Shown here piece by piece: positions 1-9,700 of a stretch of 15,440 bases of DNA. Numbering within the stretch: the stretch's first letter is position 1; every line of letters begins with the position of its first letter. Position numbers and translations under genes: made by a program. Location of the stretch: positions 4,261 through 19,700 of the forward strand of contig VRVR01000043.1 of the NCBI GenBank assembly GCA_009859145.1, given 5' to 3'. Under the pieces are notes generated by a model, which worked only from the letters and a program-made list of their open reading frames with translations, did no database searches and was not told the origin of the DNA. This DNA comes from Andalucia godoyi And28. Its lineage: Eukaryota; Protista; Jakobida.

Positions 1-179
1 AGACGGGAATCTTCCACAGCGAGTGCTTTGCCACATCACGAACGACCGACTGGAAGCTCAAGGACAGCCGAGATCTCAGAAAGATGCTTCGCTGAGGACC
101 GACAACGAAGCGCTTGCACAAAAGCGTAGAAGTAAACACTCCGTAGTAGCTTGTACGTTTATGTTGATAGCAGACAGCA

Positions 180-1566
180 GAAGCGTGGATGCATACAGCA
201 AGCAGCCCCCAAGTGACGCTTGAGATCTTCGACTGCATTCAGACAGTGAAGCGAACGCAGGAGCTGTCAGCCATTTGCGAGGTACCATTTGTGTCTAGCC
301 GGGGTCGTCCGATGATCCGGAGTTCCTATGCTGGACGAGAGCACACGCACCGCTCACCCATCACCATGAGCACTGCTCCCAAACATGACCCATGGTGCAT
401 GTCGCTGCAACAGCGTCTCTGCGAGAAGAAAGGCTTCCCGTCAAAATAACCACTGTAGTTGAAGAGGAATTCATGAATTAGCAGAACGGCGGGCGGCATA
501 ACGGCTCTCAGACAAAACCCCCCGGCGCGTGCGGCACACCGTTGCATTCGCGTGAACGAGCTCTACATACCCCCGGTCTCAGTCTTGGAATTCGTCGGAT
601 TGCAAACTCCTTATTTTATTCGTAAGACACTCTGCATGGAAGTTGAAACGGAGAGAATATCTTTCAGTAACAAATTTGTTACATGCGCAGCGCAGCCGAT
701 GCATGCTACGTTAGAATGCGTTTGCTGGATAATATTCCAGACCCCTTTCATTGTGTTGCAATTGTCAGTCACGACGGCATTCCACTTGGAAACACCAGAA
801 CAATAAGAATCAGTGATCTCTTGTATTACTTCGAGCATCAGAGACGCTAAAAACTGGGACGTTTGGTTTTGACCTTCGGGAAACTTGCATGTTTAAAAAA
901 ACCGGCTGCGGGTCATAGAGAATAATGTTCACAACTGATGAGCCCGAAACAGTCGACCATGAATCCGAGCTTAAATACAAGAACTCTGCGCGCCTTATCC
1001 GTGCAGCAATACTTTCTTGAGCAGATTCAAAAGCTTGATCCAAAATCCTTCCAGAAACAGTTTTCCGAGTTGGGAAGACGTGGGGTTTGCCAGACGCACT
1101 TACACACCCTAAGGACTTGAATGCTTCCTTGAATTCATCGTCGCTGACAAAGGAAAATGGAACATTTTTGCGAAACATTGCAAGAGAGAAGTGTGCAACA
1201 AAATGTTTACATCGCTCCAAAGAAATCACCGTACGAAATTGAGTTAAGGTTGCCTGTGTTTTCGCTTTTTTTTGCAGAAGGAGCGGATGAGCTTGAGGAC
1301 TCTTGTGCAGAAAGAAACCCATTCAAAGTAGGATGCTGTATTCGAAGCGTCTGCAGAATATGAATGTTTTCAGGTTTTCGAATAGCAGGACAAACGCGAA
1401 AATGATCAGCACACCGAGTACTGTGATTTGAGCCCGGAATCTTTCTCGTTTGGCACCGGGTTTTCGTCCCACTGCGTTCTTTGTATTTCTCATTTTTTAT
1501 GGAATGTTTTTCATCATTTTCATTAAAAGCAATGTGGTATGAAGTACTGCTATTGGTTTCCAACAC
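180..1566 (-). mobile_element. Degenerate hAT-superfamily (DUF659-type) DNA transposase, frameshifted pseudogene; element ends not identified and it probably extends past the left window edge
   Basis: hAT motifs occur in the canonical order across several minus-strand frames: partial BED finger (RCQ...DHFRVCP, ~1390-1455); VPFSFVSDDEFKEAF...PTRKTVSGRILD; first catalytic Asp in LSSDSWS (963-965); second Asp in VVTDNCNTM (764-766); CAAH (CxxH, 683-694); TRW mutated to TRR (ACG CGC CGG, 522-530); AACCMHPRF resembling the AxxL(D/H)PRF motif (HPRF at 180-191). Frameshifts and stops separate these blocks. Confidence 0.85.
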
Positions 1567-2280
1567 TGTTTTCTTCTAAGATGGCTTAGCATGGAGGCAT
1601 ATTGAGAATTTTTTTTCTCACCAAACATCGTGAATCGATGGTTCCTCTTCTCTTAGATGATGATGGAGTGTTGTCGAGTATGCAGGTCCTTTTTGCTTGG
1701 GACTGCTTGAGAGGTTCGTAGTTCGACTACGTGTATGCCACTGCAAGTCCCAGAGTCCTGGCTGCATCTTCTAAAGGAGAAACACACGTGTTGTCTTCAT
1801 GCATGTGTCAGATTTTATGCTGTTGTGCATATTTGAACTCGAGGTAGCACTCTTTGATCGAGGCTGTCTCTCAATCTTCATGCATACATCATCCAGTCAT
1901 CATACGTTTCTGCATTGTTTGACTCCACTGTCCGCTGTCCACTTGACCTTATGATGATCGAACTCTGCACTTAATGGTTATCTGTCGAAGCGTTCAGAGA
2001 TTCCATCATCTTTTGCACTGTTTCTGTCTCCCCATGATATCAGGCTGCATTCGCTGCTCTGCGCATGTGCAGCTGGAAAGAGAAGTGGTTGTACCCTGAT
2101 GCGCAGAGGCAGCATTACGGGATAAAACAACAATCATGAGCTCTCGATGCTTGCGAGGATTTCAGATATCAGGTTTCTGTTAGGCTAGTGTCCGGGTGCT
2201 GCGCTAACGTTTCAATGCGTAGCCATTGAGGCGAGACGTAAATACCTAAACTGACCTTGGAGTTTTATTTTGATCAGATC

Positions 2281-2294
2281 TTTTTTTTTTTTTT
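2281..2294. repeat. Poly(T)14 homopolymer
   Basis: 14 consecutive T read directly from the sequence. Confidence 0.95.
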
Positions 2295-2676
2295 GAAATA
2301 AAAGAGAAAGACACAAAGAGACAATCACGTCAACGACAATGAAAGGCACAATCCAAAGCCACAACGGTCGTCCGTTGGCGAATGTCGACATGTCCTCCTC
2401 TACGGTGGACACATGTCAAAGTATGACGGAAAGTACAGTCGTTGTCTGCCACACCGGTCATTGCAGATCGGTGTACTTTACACCATTTATGATGTGCGCG
2501 AGGACGTCCTGCGTGAGCTGCGCATCCGGATTTGCTGTTTTTTCGATGGTGATCGTTTTTTGACCATTTTGGCTTGCTTTCGTTAACAGCGAAAAGAAAG
2601 AAAGAAGAAAGCGCGCCGAAACATTTCCTCCAGAAAAACCGGCAAGATTATCTCCCTTTGCGATAGTCGGATCTTC

Positions 2677-2769
2677 TAGCGGAAGGGAAGTGGTGAGACA
2701 AAGTGGGCCTCCGCTTTTCCGCTATCCTCACTAAGCCCAGCCTCAGTCTCAAGTGCATGGACTTGAGAC
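2677..2769. other. Two adjacent inverted repeats (potential hairpins)
   Basis: TAGCGGAA (2677-2684) pairs with TTCCGCTA (2717-2724), extendable inward by AAGTGG/CCGCTT. GTCTCAAGT (2746-2754) pairs with ACTTGAGAC (2761-2769), a perfect 9-bp stem with a 6-nt loop. Function unknown. Confidence 0.6.
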
Positions 2770-3731
2770 CAATGGTTAGGAATGAGAACCACGGTCGTCA
2801 CAGATGCGGATTTTGATAATCAGTTTTCTTCAAAGACCCCAGTTAAGGCTACAGCTGCGCGACGAAAATTCTGGGACGCTTCCGTTTATCACCAGGTGCC
2901 CATATTCAACCCTGAACCTTTGGGTTACGTAGCAAGGTGACAGATTGTCTTTGCCAACCCTGATTCTCAGTAATGGTCTTGCATGGTTTCGCTGAGCAAT
3001 TGTTGTGAAATCACGGTATATAATAATGAATCTGATTTGTGTCTTGTGGATGCTTTCTGCTGCGAAACCAGGACATCGGATGACGAGTGAGATGCAGATC
3101 TCATTTAAGATTTGAAATACGAAGCGAGTTGGATCAACGGACATCGTTCTGCAGACGTGATCGACGTCGTGGATGACGCACAAACCTGCACAAAAATACA
3201 TCCGGATTAATTTACTGCATGCGTTGCTCACTTTTCCAACTGGAGGCTCCGGTATTGCACAAGAAGTTTCGTTGCAATTAAAACTGTTTCCTTGCAAGTT
3301 TCACTTGAAACTGTGATGGCGCTTTCAAAGATCACTAAATCTTGATCTTCTGTGGTCATTGACGAGTCAAAAGATCTTTAAATTGACGCACCATCCGACT
3401 AGGACGTCCGGGAGGGGAGCTCTTTGGGCACTCCATTGTTTGCTCATACGCAGCCACAGCCCGCATGTCACACTGCGTCTTGGTCTCCTGCCTTTGTCTT
3501 TTTGAAGAATTCCGCCCTCTGACAGTTGCATGGGCTTGCCAGGGTCTTTTGGGTGAGCCTCGCCAATGTATGCACGAATCAAGAGAAGTGTGGTCGGCTT
3601 TGGATGTCGATCTGTTGATCAGTTGATCTGATTTTTTTTATTATATTCTTTCTGTGTTAAGAAAGAAAGAAACGGTAATCCGTGACGTCTTTTTTTGTTA
3701 CAATTTCTGCGCTGTCTCATCGTGTCAAGTC

Positions 3732-6593
3732 ATGGGGGAGCACGACGTGTTGGCTGCGACGTTGTTATTTTGCCTTGTGATCCTCGGCCATTGTCCGTCG
3801 ATTATTCATGGTTCGATTCAGTTCCGCGGAAACGACGGTTTGGGCGTGGACGTGGAAAGCCAACTGCTGGCTCTGCATGGATCAGCCGAGGGGATATCGA
3901 ATGCGTTTGAAGCACTAACGATGAACGCCATCCTGGAGCATCCGCACTCCTTTTCAAAGTTGCGAACCTCGGAGAATCGCTTGCAGTTTATCGTAAAGCG
4001 GTCTCGAGTGGTGGATCCGGAGTGGTTTTCCGAGATTCGTGTCGCCGCTGGCGCTGGCTCCCACGTAGAGTACTTCCCGGATGATGCAGCACTGGTGTTT
4101 TGCGATGTAGCGGCAGCCAGTGCGCTGCGGATGCGTGCAGACACTGCGTTTGTTGTCCCCGTCCGTTCGGAATGGAAATTCGTCAACCAAGTCGGAGTCC
4201 AACATCATTTGTCGGAAAGTGAGCAATCATGGACCAGCGTCCTGTTGTCCCGTGTCTCTCTCGATACGCGTCAAACGGATCCTGTTTCTCTGCAGGATAT
4301 CCGAAGCGTGCAAAATGTTGCAGCGTTGACAGTGACAATGTCGGTTGCAGTGGCAATGCACCCTGCTGAGCTGGATCTGACAACGTATGCCAGATTTGCT
4401 GCGGATTCTCTTGCATCGTTGGGTGTTCCGAACTGCGCAGTTATGGATGTGAATGACGCCCTTTCCGAGTTTTTCTTGTCCGTTCCGAAATCCAGCTTTT
4501 CTCAAGTGTCAAAGTGGCTGAGCAGACTGAATCGCGTCCTGGCGGTAACGGAAAAGGCCCCCAGCTATGTCATGAACTCCACTGGAAACAAGATCGTTTC
4601 TTCCGGTTTATCAGCCTCCTCTACGCCCTATGCTGGTCTTCTAGACGGATCTGGAGAGATTATACATGTTGCAGATTCTGGATTGGATTTTTTCCACTGC
4701 TTTTTTTACGACTCTGTCAACGCTCCATTATCCAGCAAGAATATGGTTCGGTCCACAAGCAACGAGAGAAATGCACGCCGTAAGGTCGTGTCGTACTGGC
4801 AGTTCATGGATAATGCATGGGGATCGGCAGATCACGGTACGCATGTTTCTGGAACTGCTGCTGGAGCTGCGACGTCGAGCTCGGCGTCTGTGCTTTCCTC
4901 GGAGAATGGAATCGCATCTGGGGCAAAGATTGCCTTTACAGATATTGGGTGCCAGACTTCGGGCGGCTGCTCCTGTGGAAAGACTACGTCTGGAGGAGTT
5001 GTTCCATGCGACTGTGGGTCTGGGTCCTGTGCATCGAGTTCCAACGCTGTTTACACTCCAACCAGTCTGGACACGGGGCTTTTCCCGTATGGCTTGATGA
5101 ACAATGCGCTGATTGCCACGAATTCATGGGGATCCACGACCACGACGTACTCTACTGCAAGTCGCCAGATCGATTCCTCTGTGATTTCGAACTCGTCGCT
5201 GCTGATCTTGTTTGCTGCTGGAAACAACGGGGATGCACAGACTGTTTCCACCCAAGGAGCTTCCAAAAACATCATCACGGTCGGCGCCACTACCACTGGG
5301 CAATCCGATTTTATTGACATTGTACAGAACAAGGTGAGCATCTCAGCAGATGGAGGGTATGCATACGGCACTCAAATTTTGGGCTGTTCTGCATCGCCCG
5401 CTTCTTGGAATACCGCGTGCAAGTACTTCATGAATTCTTCGAGTTTCGATGCTTGCTCAACGTCAGGTCGCTGTGCTGCAGGATATACGTATCAGTTTTC
5501 TGGTGGCTGTGGTTGCTTCCCATGTACGAGTACGAATTGCTATTTCATTGGAAATTCGTATTGTTCTTCTTGTGCTGTTACGACGTACCAAAACACGCCA
5601 GCCACGCAAATTGCAACCAACTCGCTTGCGTATTTTTCATCCACTGGAGCAACGCCCGATGGCCGTATCAAACCAGATGTCGTGGCGCCGGGGTATTTGA
5701 TTGCATCTTCTCGCTCATATTCGGGATCTTTGGCCGCATCTGATGATGTTTGCGGTGTGTCTGGTAGTTATCAGTCCTTCGCTTCCATCAAACCCCATTT
5801 GTATGCAACGCAAGGCACCAGCATGGCCACTCCTCTTGTTGCTGGGTACAGTGCCTTGATTCGACAGTACCTCCGAAATCACTATCCAAATGCTGCGGGC
5901 GTGACCTCGGGTGCCACTCCAATTTCCATGCCGCCTGCTTCTCTGCTGAAAGCGATGATTGTCCAATCCGCAACTCCTATGAATGGTATTTACTGCGCAA
6001 ACAATGATGCCAGTGGATGCTCGTCTCCTACTTCGCTGAATTACGGCTCTCCTTTCAAGCAAGGCTTTGGGCTCGTCGATTTACGTGCTGTGATTCCGCT
6101 GACCTCCACGTCTACTGCATCGGCGTACTCTACAAAAGTCTTTGCGTATGAGGACGGCTCAAATGGAGTCATTGCGACATCGGGTGCAGTGAAGCAATAC
6201 ACATACACAATCTCATCCACGCAATGTTTGCGCGCGACTTTGGTGTGGACAGATCCATTGTCTTCAACTTCATCCAGCGTTGTGCTTGTGAATGATTTGG
6301 ATCTCAAAGTTACTTTCGGAACGGATTCTTTTCTGGGAAATGCCCAATACTTCGGATCTGCTGACCGCGTCAACAATGTCGAGCGTGTAATTTGGCAGAA
6401 TGCAAAGGCAGGAACGTACACCATTTCTGTTACTGGCTATCGCTTGTCGAGTGCACAGTCCTTTTCGCTAGTTGTGTCGAACATGCCGCCTTCTCTGTGT
6501 GTCGTGATTCAAGGCATTTCCTCTGATTCCGTGTCTCCCGTGTATCCAAGCGGACTGCTGTTCCTTGTGTTTGTCGCTTCTGCATTGTTGTGA
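3732..6593 (+). CDS. Secreted subtilisin-like serine protease (peptidase S8, KP-43/Dictyostelium Tag-protease-like), 953 aa, with probable GPI-anchor signal
   Basis: The ORF track starts at GTG 3654, but the first ATG (3732) gives a signal peptide (MGEHDVLAATLLFCLVILGHCPSIIHG). Catalytic motifs: VADSGLD (Asp 4674-4676), DHGTHVSGTAAG (His 4833-4835), FAAGNNG (oxyanion Asn 5223-5225), QGTSMATPLVAG (Ser 5820-5822), plus DGRIKPDVVAPG. KP-43-type C-terminal beta-domain motifs LVWTDP, VNDLDLKV, DRVNNVERV, GTYTISVTG. Ends in hydrophobic LLFLVFVASALL-stop. Confidence 0.95.
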   Translation: MGEHDVLAATLLFCLVILGHCPSIIHGSIQFRGNDGLGVDVESQLLALHGSAEGISNAFEALTMNAILEHPHSFSKLRTSENRLQFIVKRSRVVDPEWFSEIRVAAGAGSHVEYFPDDAALVFCDVAAASALRMRADTAFVVPVRSEWKFVNQVGVQHHLSESEQSWTSVLLSRVSLDTRQTDPVSLQDIRSVQNVAALTVTMSVAVAMHPAELDLTTYARFAADSLASLGVPNCAVMDVNDALSEFFLSVPKSSFSQVSKWLSRLNRVLAVTEKAPSYVMNSTGNKIVSSGLSASSTPYAGLLDGSGEIIHVADSGLDFFHCFFYDSVNAPLSSKNMVRSTSNERNARRKVVSYWQFMDNAWGSADHGTHVSGTAAGAATSSSASVLSSENGIASGAKIAFTDIGCQTSGGCSCGKTTSGGVVPCDCGSGSCASSSNAVYTPTSLDTGLFPYGLMNNALIATNSWGSTTTTYSTASRQIDSSVISNSSLLILFAAGNNGDAQTVSTQGASKNIITVGATTTGQSDFIDIVQNKVSISADGGYAYGTQILGCSASPASWNTACKYFMNSSSFDACSTSGRCAAGYTYQFSGGCGCFPCTSTNCYFIGNSYCSSCAVTTYQNTPATQIATNSLAYFSSTGATPDGRIKPDVVAPGYLIASSRSYSGSLAASDDVCGVSGSYQSFASIKPHLYATQGTSMATPLVAGYSALIRQYLRNHYPNAAGVTSGATPISMPPASLLKAMIVQSATPMNGIYCANNDASGCSSPTSLNYGSPFKQGFGLVDLRAVIPLTSTSTASAYSTKVFAYEDGSNGVIATSGAVKQYTYTISSTQCLRATLVWTDPLSSTSSSVVLVNDLDLKVTFGTDSFLGNAQYFGSADRVNNVERVIWQNAKAGTYTISVTGYRLSSAQSFSLVVSNMPPSLCVVIQGISSDSVSPVYPSGLLFLVFVASALL

Positions 6594-6648
6594 GCAGCGT
6601 GAGACATCCGTTCGACATTCAAGAAGAGAAAGAAACGCAGAAGAAGAA

Positions 6649-6672
6649 GATGGAGATGGAGATGGAGATGGA
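6649..6672. repeat. (GATGGA)4 hexanucleotide microsatellite between the convergent stop codons
   Basis: Four exact copies read directly, preceded by a short GAA run. Confidence 0.9.
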
Positions 6673-6703
6673 GGGGAACATCGATTCGTAAAGAAAAATA
6701 GTA

Positions 6704-6721
6704 AAAATAAAATAAAATAAA
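6704..6721 (+). terminator. (AAAAT)3 tract containing AATAAA hexamers, candidate polyadenylation signal for the subtilase
   Basis: AAAATAAAATAAAATAAA lies ~110 nt after the subtilase stop. Use of AATAAA in this organism is assumed, not shown. Confidence 0.4.
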
Positions 6722-6749
6722 GAGAAGGCGTTCATGGGTACAGTGAATG

Positions 6750-9700
6750 TCAACTCGGATACACGCAGAACAGTCCCGGAGGGCAATTCTTGCACACTGA
6801 TTGTTGTGGCATATCTTGGTAAGTACCATTTTGGCACATTGCGGCGGAAGATGATCCAATACCGCAGAAGTATCCAACGGGGCACTGTGTAAACGGGGGA
6901 TCCTTTTGGATAGACCCCACCGGACAGTAGAACCCCGGATCGCAAGGACCAGACGGACTCGATAACCCAGGAGTTGCACAATAAGAACCTGCTGAGCAAT
7001 TTGAGCACTGAGAAGAAGAAACGAGACCCACGCTCGGCGAGTATGTGCCCACTGGGCACGGTAACGGTGACGACGAATTTGCAGGGCAGAAATGGCCGAC
7101 GGGGCACTTGGCACCCGTAATTCCGTCCTCTGGAGTGGAATTGAAGGCACCGATGCTGCAGTACCAGCCCGCTGAACATCCGCCCGACGGTGCCGACAGA
7201 TAAGAGGAGTCGCAGACTTGACCGCCATCACACGATCGCATGGATGACGAACCCGCAGGACAGTAATACCCACGCACGCACCCATGCTGTTGCTTCGAAG
7301 CAGAGCTTGAATTGCAAAAGAACCCGGCATCACACACACCTGTTGGCAACACGTTCGCAGACCCCTGGCAGTACATGCCAGCCTCACAAGCACGACATGC
7401 TTGCGAAGACGCCTGCTGCGTGAGATTATTGTACGTTCCAGGAGAACACGGAAACTGCAAGGAGAAGTTGGTTCCCGCAGGACAATAGTATCCTTGAGGG
7501 CAGACATTCAACCACGGTAAAATCGTGCCAGTTGGGCAATAAAAGCCAGCAGGGCACTCTTGGCACGCCGACGAGCCAGGAACATCCTGATATGTCCCTG
7601 CAGCGCACGTAGTGGGATAAATGGAGCCAGTGGGACAATAGAAACCTGCAGGACATATAGACCCTGTGATATTATCCATTGGAGTAGGTGTGTAAGCAGA
7701 GGCTGAGCAGTAGTACCCCGCTGAGCAGGAATTAGTCGGAGCTGACAACCCAGCAACCAAACAATACCATCCTGGCGAGCAGGGAAGGCAAGCAGTGGCA
7801 TTCGTGGACCCGGTGTACGGATTGAAAGTGCCGGCGGGACACAAAACTGGCTCTGCAGACCCCAACGGACAATACGCACCGACTGGACACGCGCCTCCTG
7901 CTGCACCGCTGATAGCAGCAAGGGCGGCAAATGGAGATACTGCACCGCTACGGCAATAATATCCTGCCGCACAGGATCCCGTCACTGCTACTTGCGCTGT
8001 GCTATTGCAATACTTTCCTCCGGTGCAGAGGAAGCAATCGGAAGTTACCGAAAGAGTGCTGCGATTTGAAAACGTTCCGGACGGACAAGACAGCCAAGAA
8101 GCTCCCGTCCCCGAAGGACAGGCAAATCCAGGAGGGCAAGGGATGGGAGCAGACGACGAATTCACGCAATAATATCCCGCAGGACACTGCACACACGAGC
8201 TCTGTCCAACTAGGCTCTGGTACATGCCATCCGCACAGGGAAGTGCGGCCGAGGCGCCGGCTGGGCAATATGTTCCAACCGGGCAAATCCCTCCACCAAA
8301 TGAGGAATTCATCGGTCGGTCTGTTTGGGCGCCCCCTGAACAATAATAGCCAGCTGCACATGTCCCGGTCACGGAGGTCGATCCCTGTACATCAACGTAG
8401 CTTCCGATCGGTGCATACTGACAGTCTGACACCTGGGTTTGCTGAGGGGAGTTCGAGTACGTTCCCCGAGGACACGGAATAGGCGAAATCGACATTGCGG
8501 GACAGTAGGAGCCGACAGGACAAACAAACTGCTTCGAGTTCACAGCGCCACCCGAGCAATAAAATCCAGCTTCGCAGGTGCCATCGGGAGCAGCGAGGCC
8601 GTTCGTCGAACAATATAACCCGGGAGTGCAAGACATGCACTGCGAAAGGGACACGGCATTGGACAGTGGCTGAAAAGTACCTGACGGGCACAGCGGAGGT
8701 GCAAAAGTGCCGTTGAGGCAATAGGCTCCAATTGGGCAATCGAGAAGCACAGACGTACTGGCTTGTGGGCAATAGAATCCCGCTGGGCAAGGAGGGCAGG
8801 AAGATTGTTTGTACAATGTGTTGAATGTTCCCGAGGGGCACGGAGATGGGGCAGACGCTCCACTTCCAGTAAAGTATCCCGGAGGTGCTTCAAATTGATA
8901 CGGGGAAACAGCGCCCCCCGTGCAATAGTATCCCGGGAGACACTTGCCTGTAGGGAACGGATTTGAAGAACCCGCGCAGTAGTAACCAGGAGTACACGAG
9001 GAGCAATCAGATTGCGATATTCCTCCAGACGCGTTGCTAAATGTTCCCGCTGCGCACGGTTCCGGGAACGGTGCACCGACAGTACACACTCCACCAGACG
9101 GACACAACATATTCACAGGCGCCGAGGAAGATGCGCCCGATAAGCAGTAGTAGCCGGCGTTGCACTTGCCTCGAGGAACAGTCAGGCCCGTGGTATCGCA
9201 AAAAGACCCAGCATCGCATGATCGACAGTCTGAAAGATTCTGCAGACCAGTGACGCTACCATACGTACCCACAGGACAAAAAGAAGCCTTGTACGACCCC
9301 GCAATACAAAACGAGCCTAGCGGGCACAGGACTGGATTCGCGGTGGCATTAGGACAATAATATCCGGCGGGACATTGGATGCAATCGGAGACAGAGCGCG
9401 CACCGGTAATGTTTCGAAAGGTGCCGCCAGGGCAGGCAACTTGCTGCGGTCCGGTTGAGTTCTGAGGACAGTAATAGCCTGTTGCACATTCTGCAGTCGG
9501 TGCAGCGGCTCCCTCGATACAATAGGACCCGGCCGGACACGGCACGCACTGTGCTGCGGAAAATATTCGTGTCGATGGATTGTAAGAACCGGGACTACAC
9601 TTGACAGGGGCCGATGTCCCCGCAGGGCAATACTGCCCAACACCGCAATCAAATGCTGGGGTCGTGGGAACCACGGCAGTTCCTGCTGGACAATAAAAAC

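Noticed and set aside
1551-1568. CAGTGTTGG... on the minus strand, resembling a hAT TIR start
   Set aside because: It abuts the BED-like coding remnant leaving no room for a 5' region, and no partner repeat or TSD is visible in the window.
1620-2160. Minus-strand frames with protein-like patches (e.g. EDAARTLGLAVAY) that might be a second decayed hAT C-terminus
   Set aside because: No clear WW or ERxFS motif and several stops; resemblance is too weak to support without a profile search.
2302-2586. 94-codon open plus-strand frame after the poly(T) (…YDGKYSRCLPHRSLQIGVLYTIYDVREDVLREL…)
   Set aside because: No early ATG and no recognisable family; could be an exon, but this length can arise by chance.
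2782-3210. Plus-strand frame that looks like a decayed gene
   Set aside because: 5 stops in 143 codons is close to random expectation and no motif is recognisable.
3367-3582. 71-aa minus ORF with faint likeness to a Harbinger/IS5 DDE C-terminus (LLIRAYIG…KP…LSE…R…KQW)
   Set aside because: The key catalytic Asp and Glu are absent; the similarity is not distinguishable from chance.
3654-3731. 26-codon N-terminal extension of the subtilase ORF
   Set aside because: Non-ATG start; eukaryotic initiation at ATG 3732 yields a normal signal peptide.
3695-6618. Many short ORFs overlapping the subtilase on both strands
   Set aside because: Alternate-frame or antisense shadows of a well-supported gene; no motifs of their own.
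6619-6750. Hydrophobic tail obtainable by frameshifting the Cys-repeat protein (…FSLFYFIFTIF…SISISISIFFF)
   Set aside because: Hydrophobicity derives from T-rich microsatellite-containing 3' UTR-like DNA; not accepted as a real anchor without read evidence of an indel.
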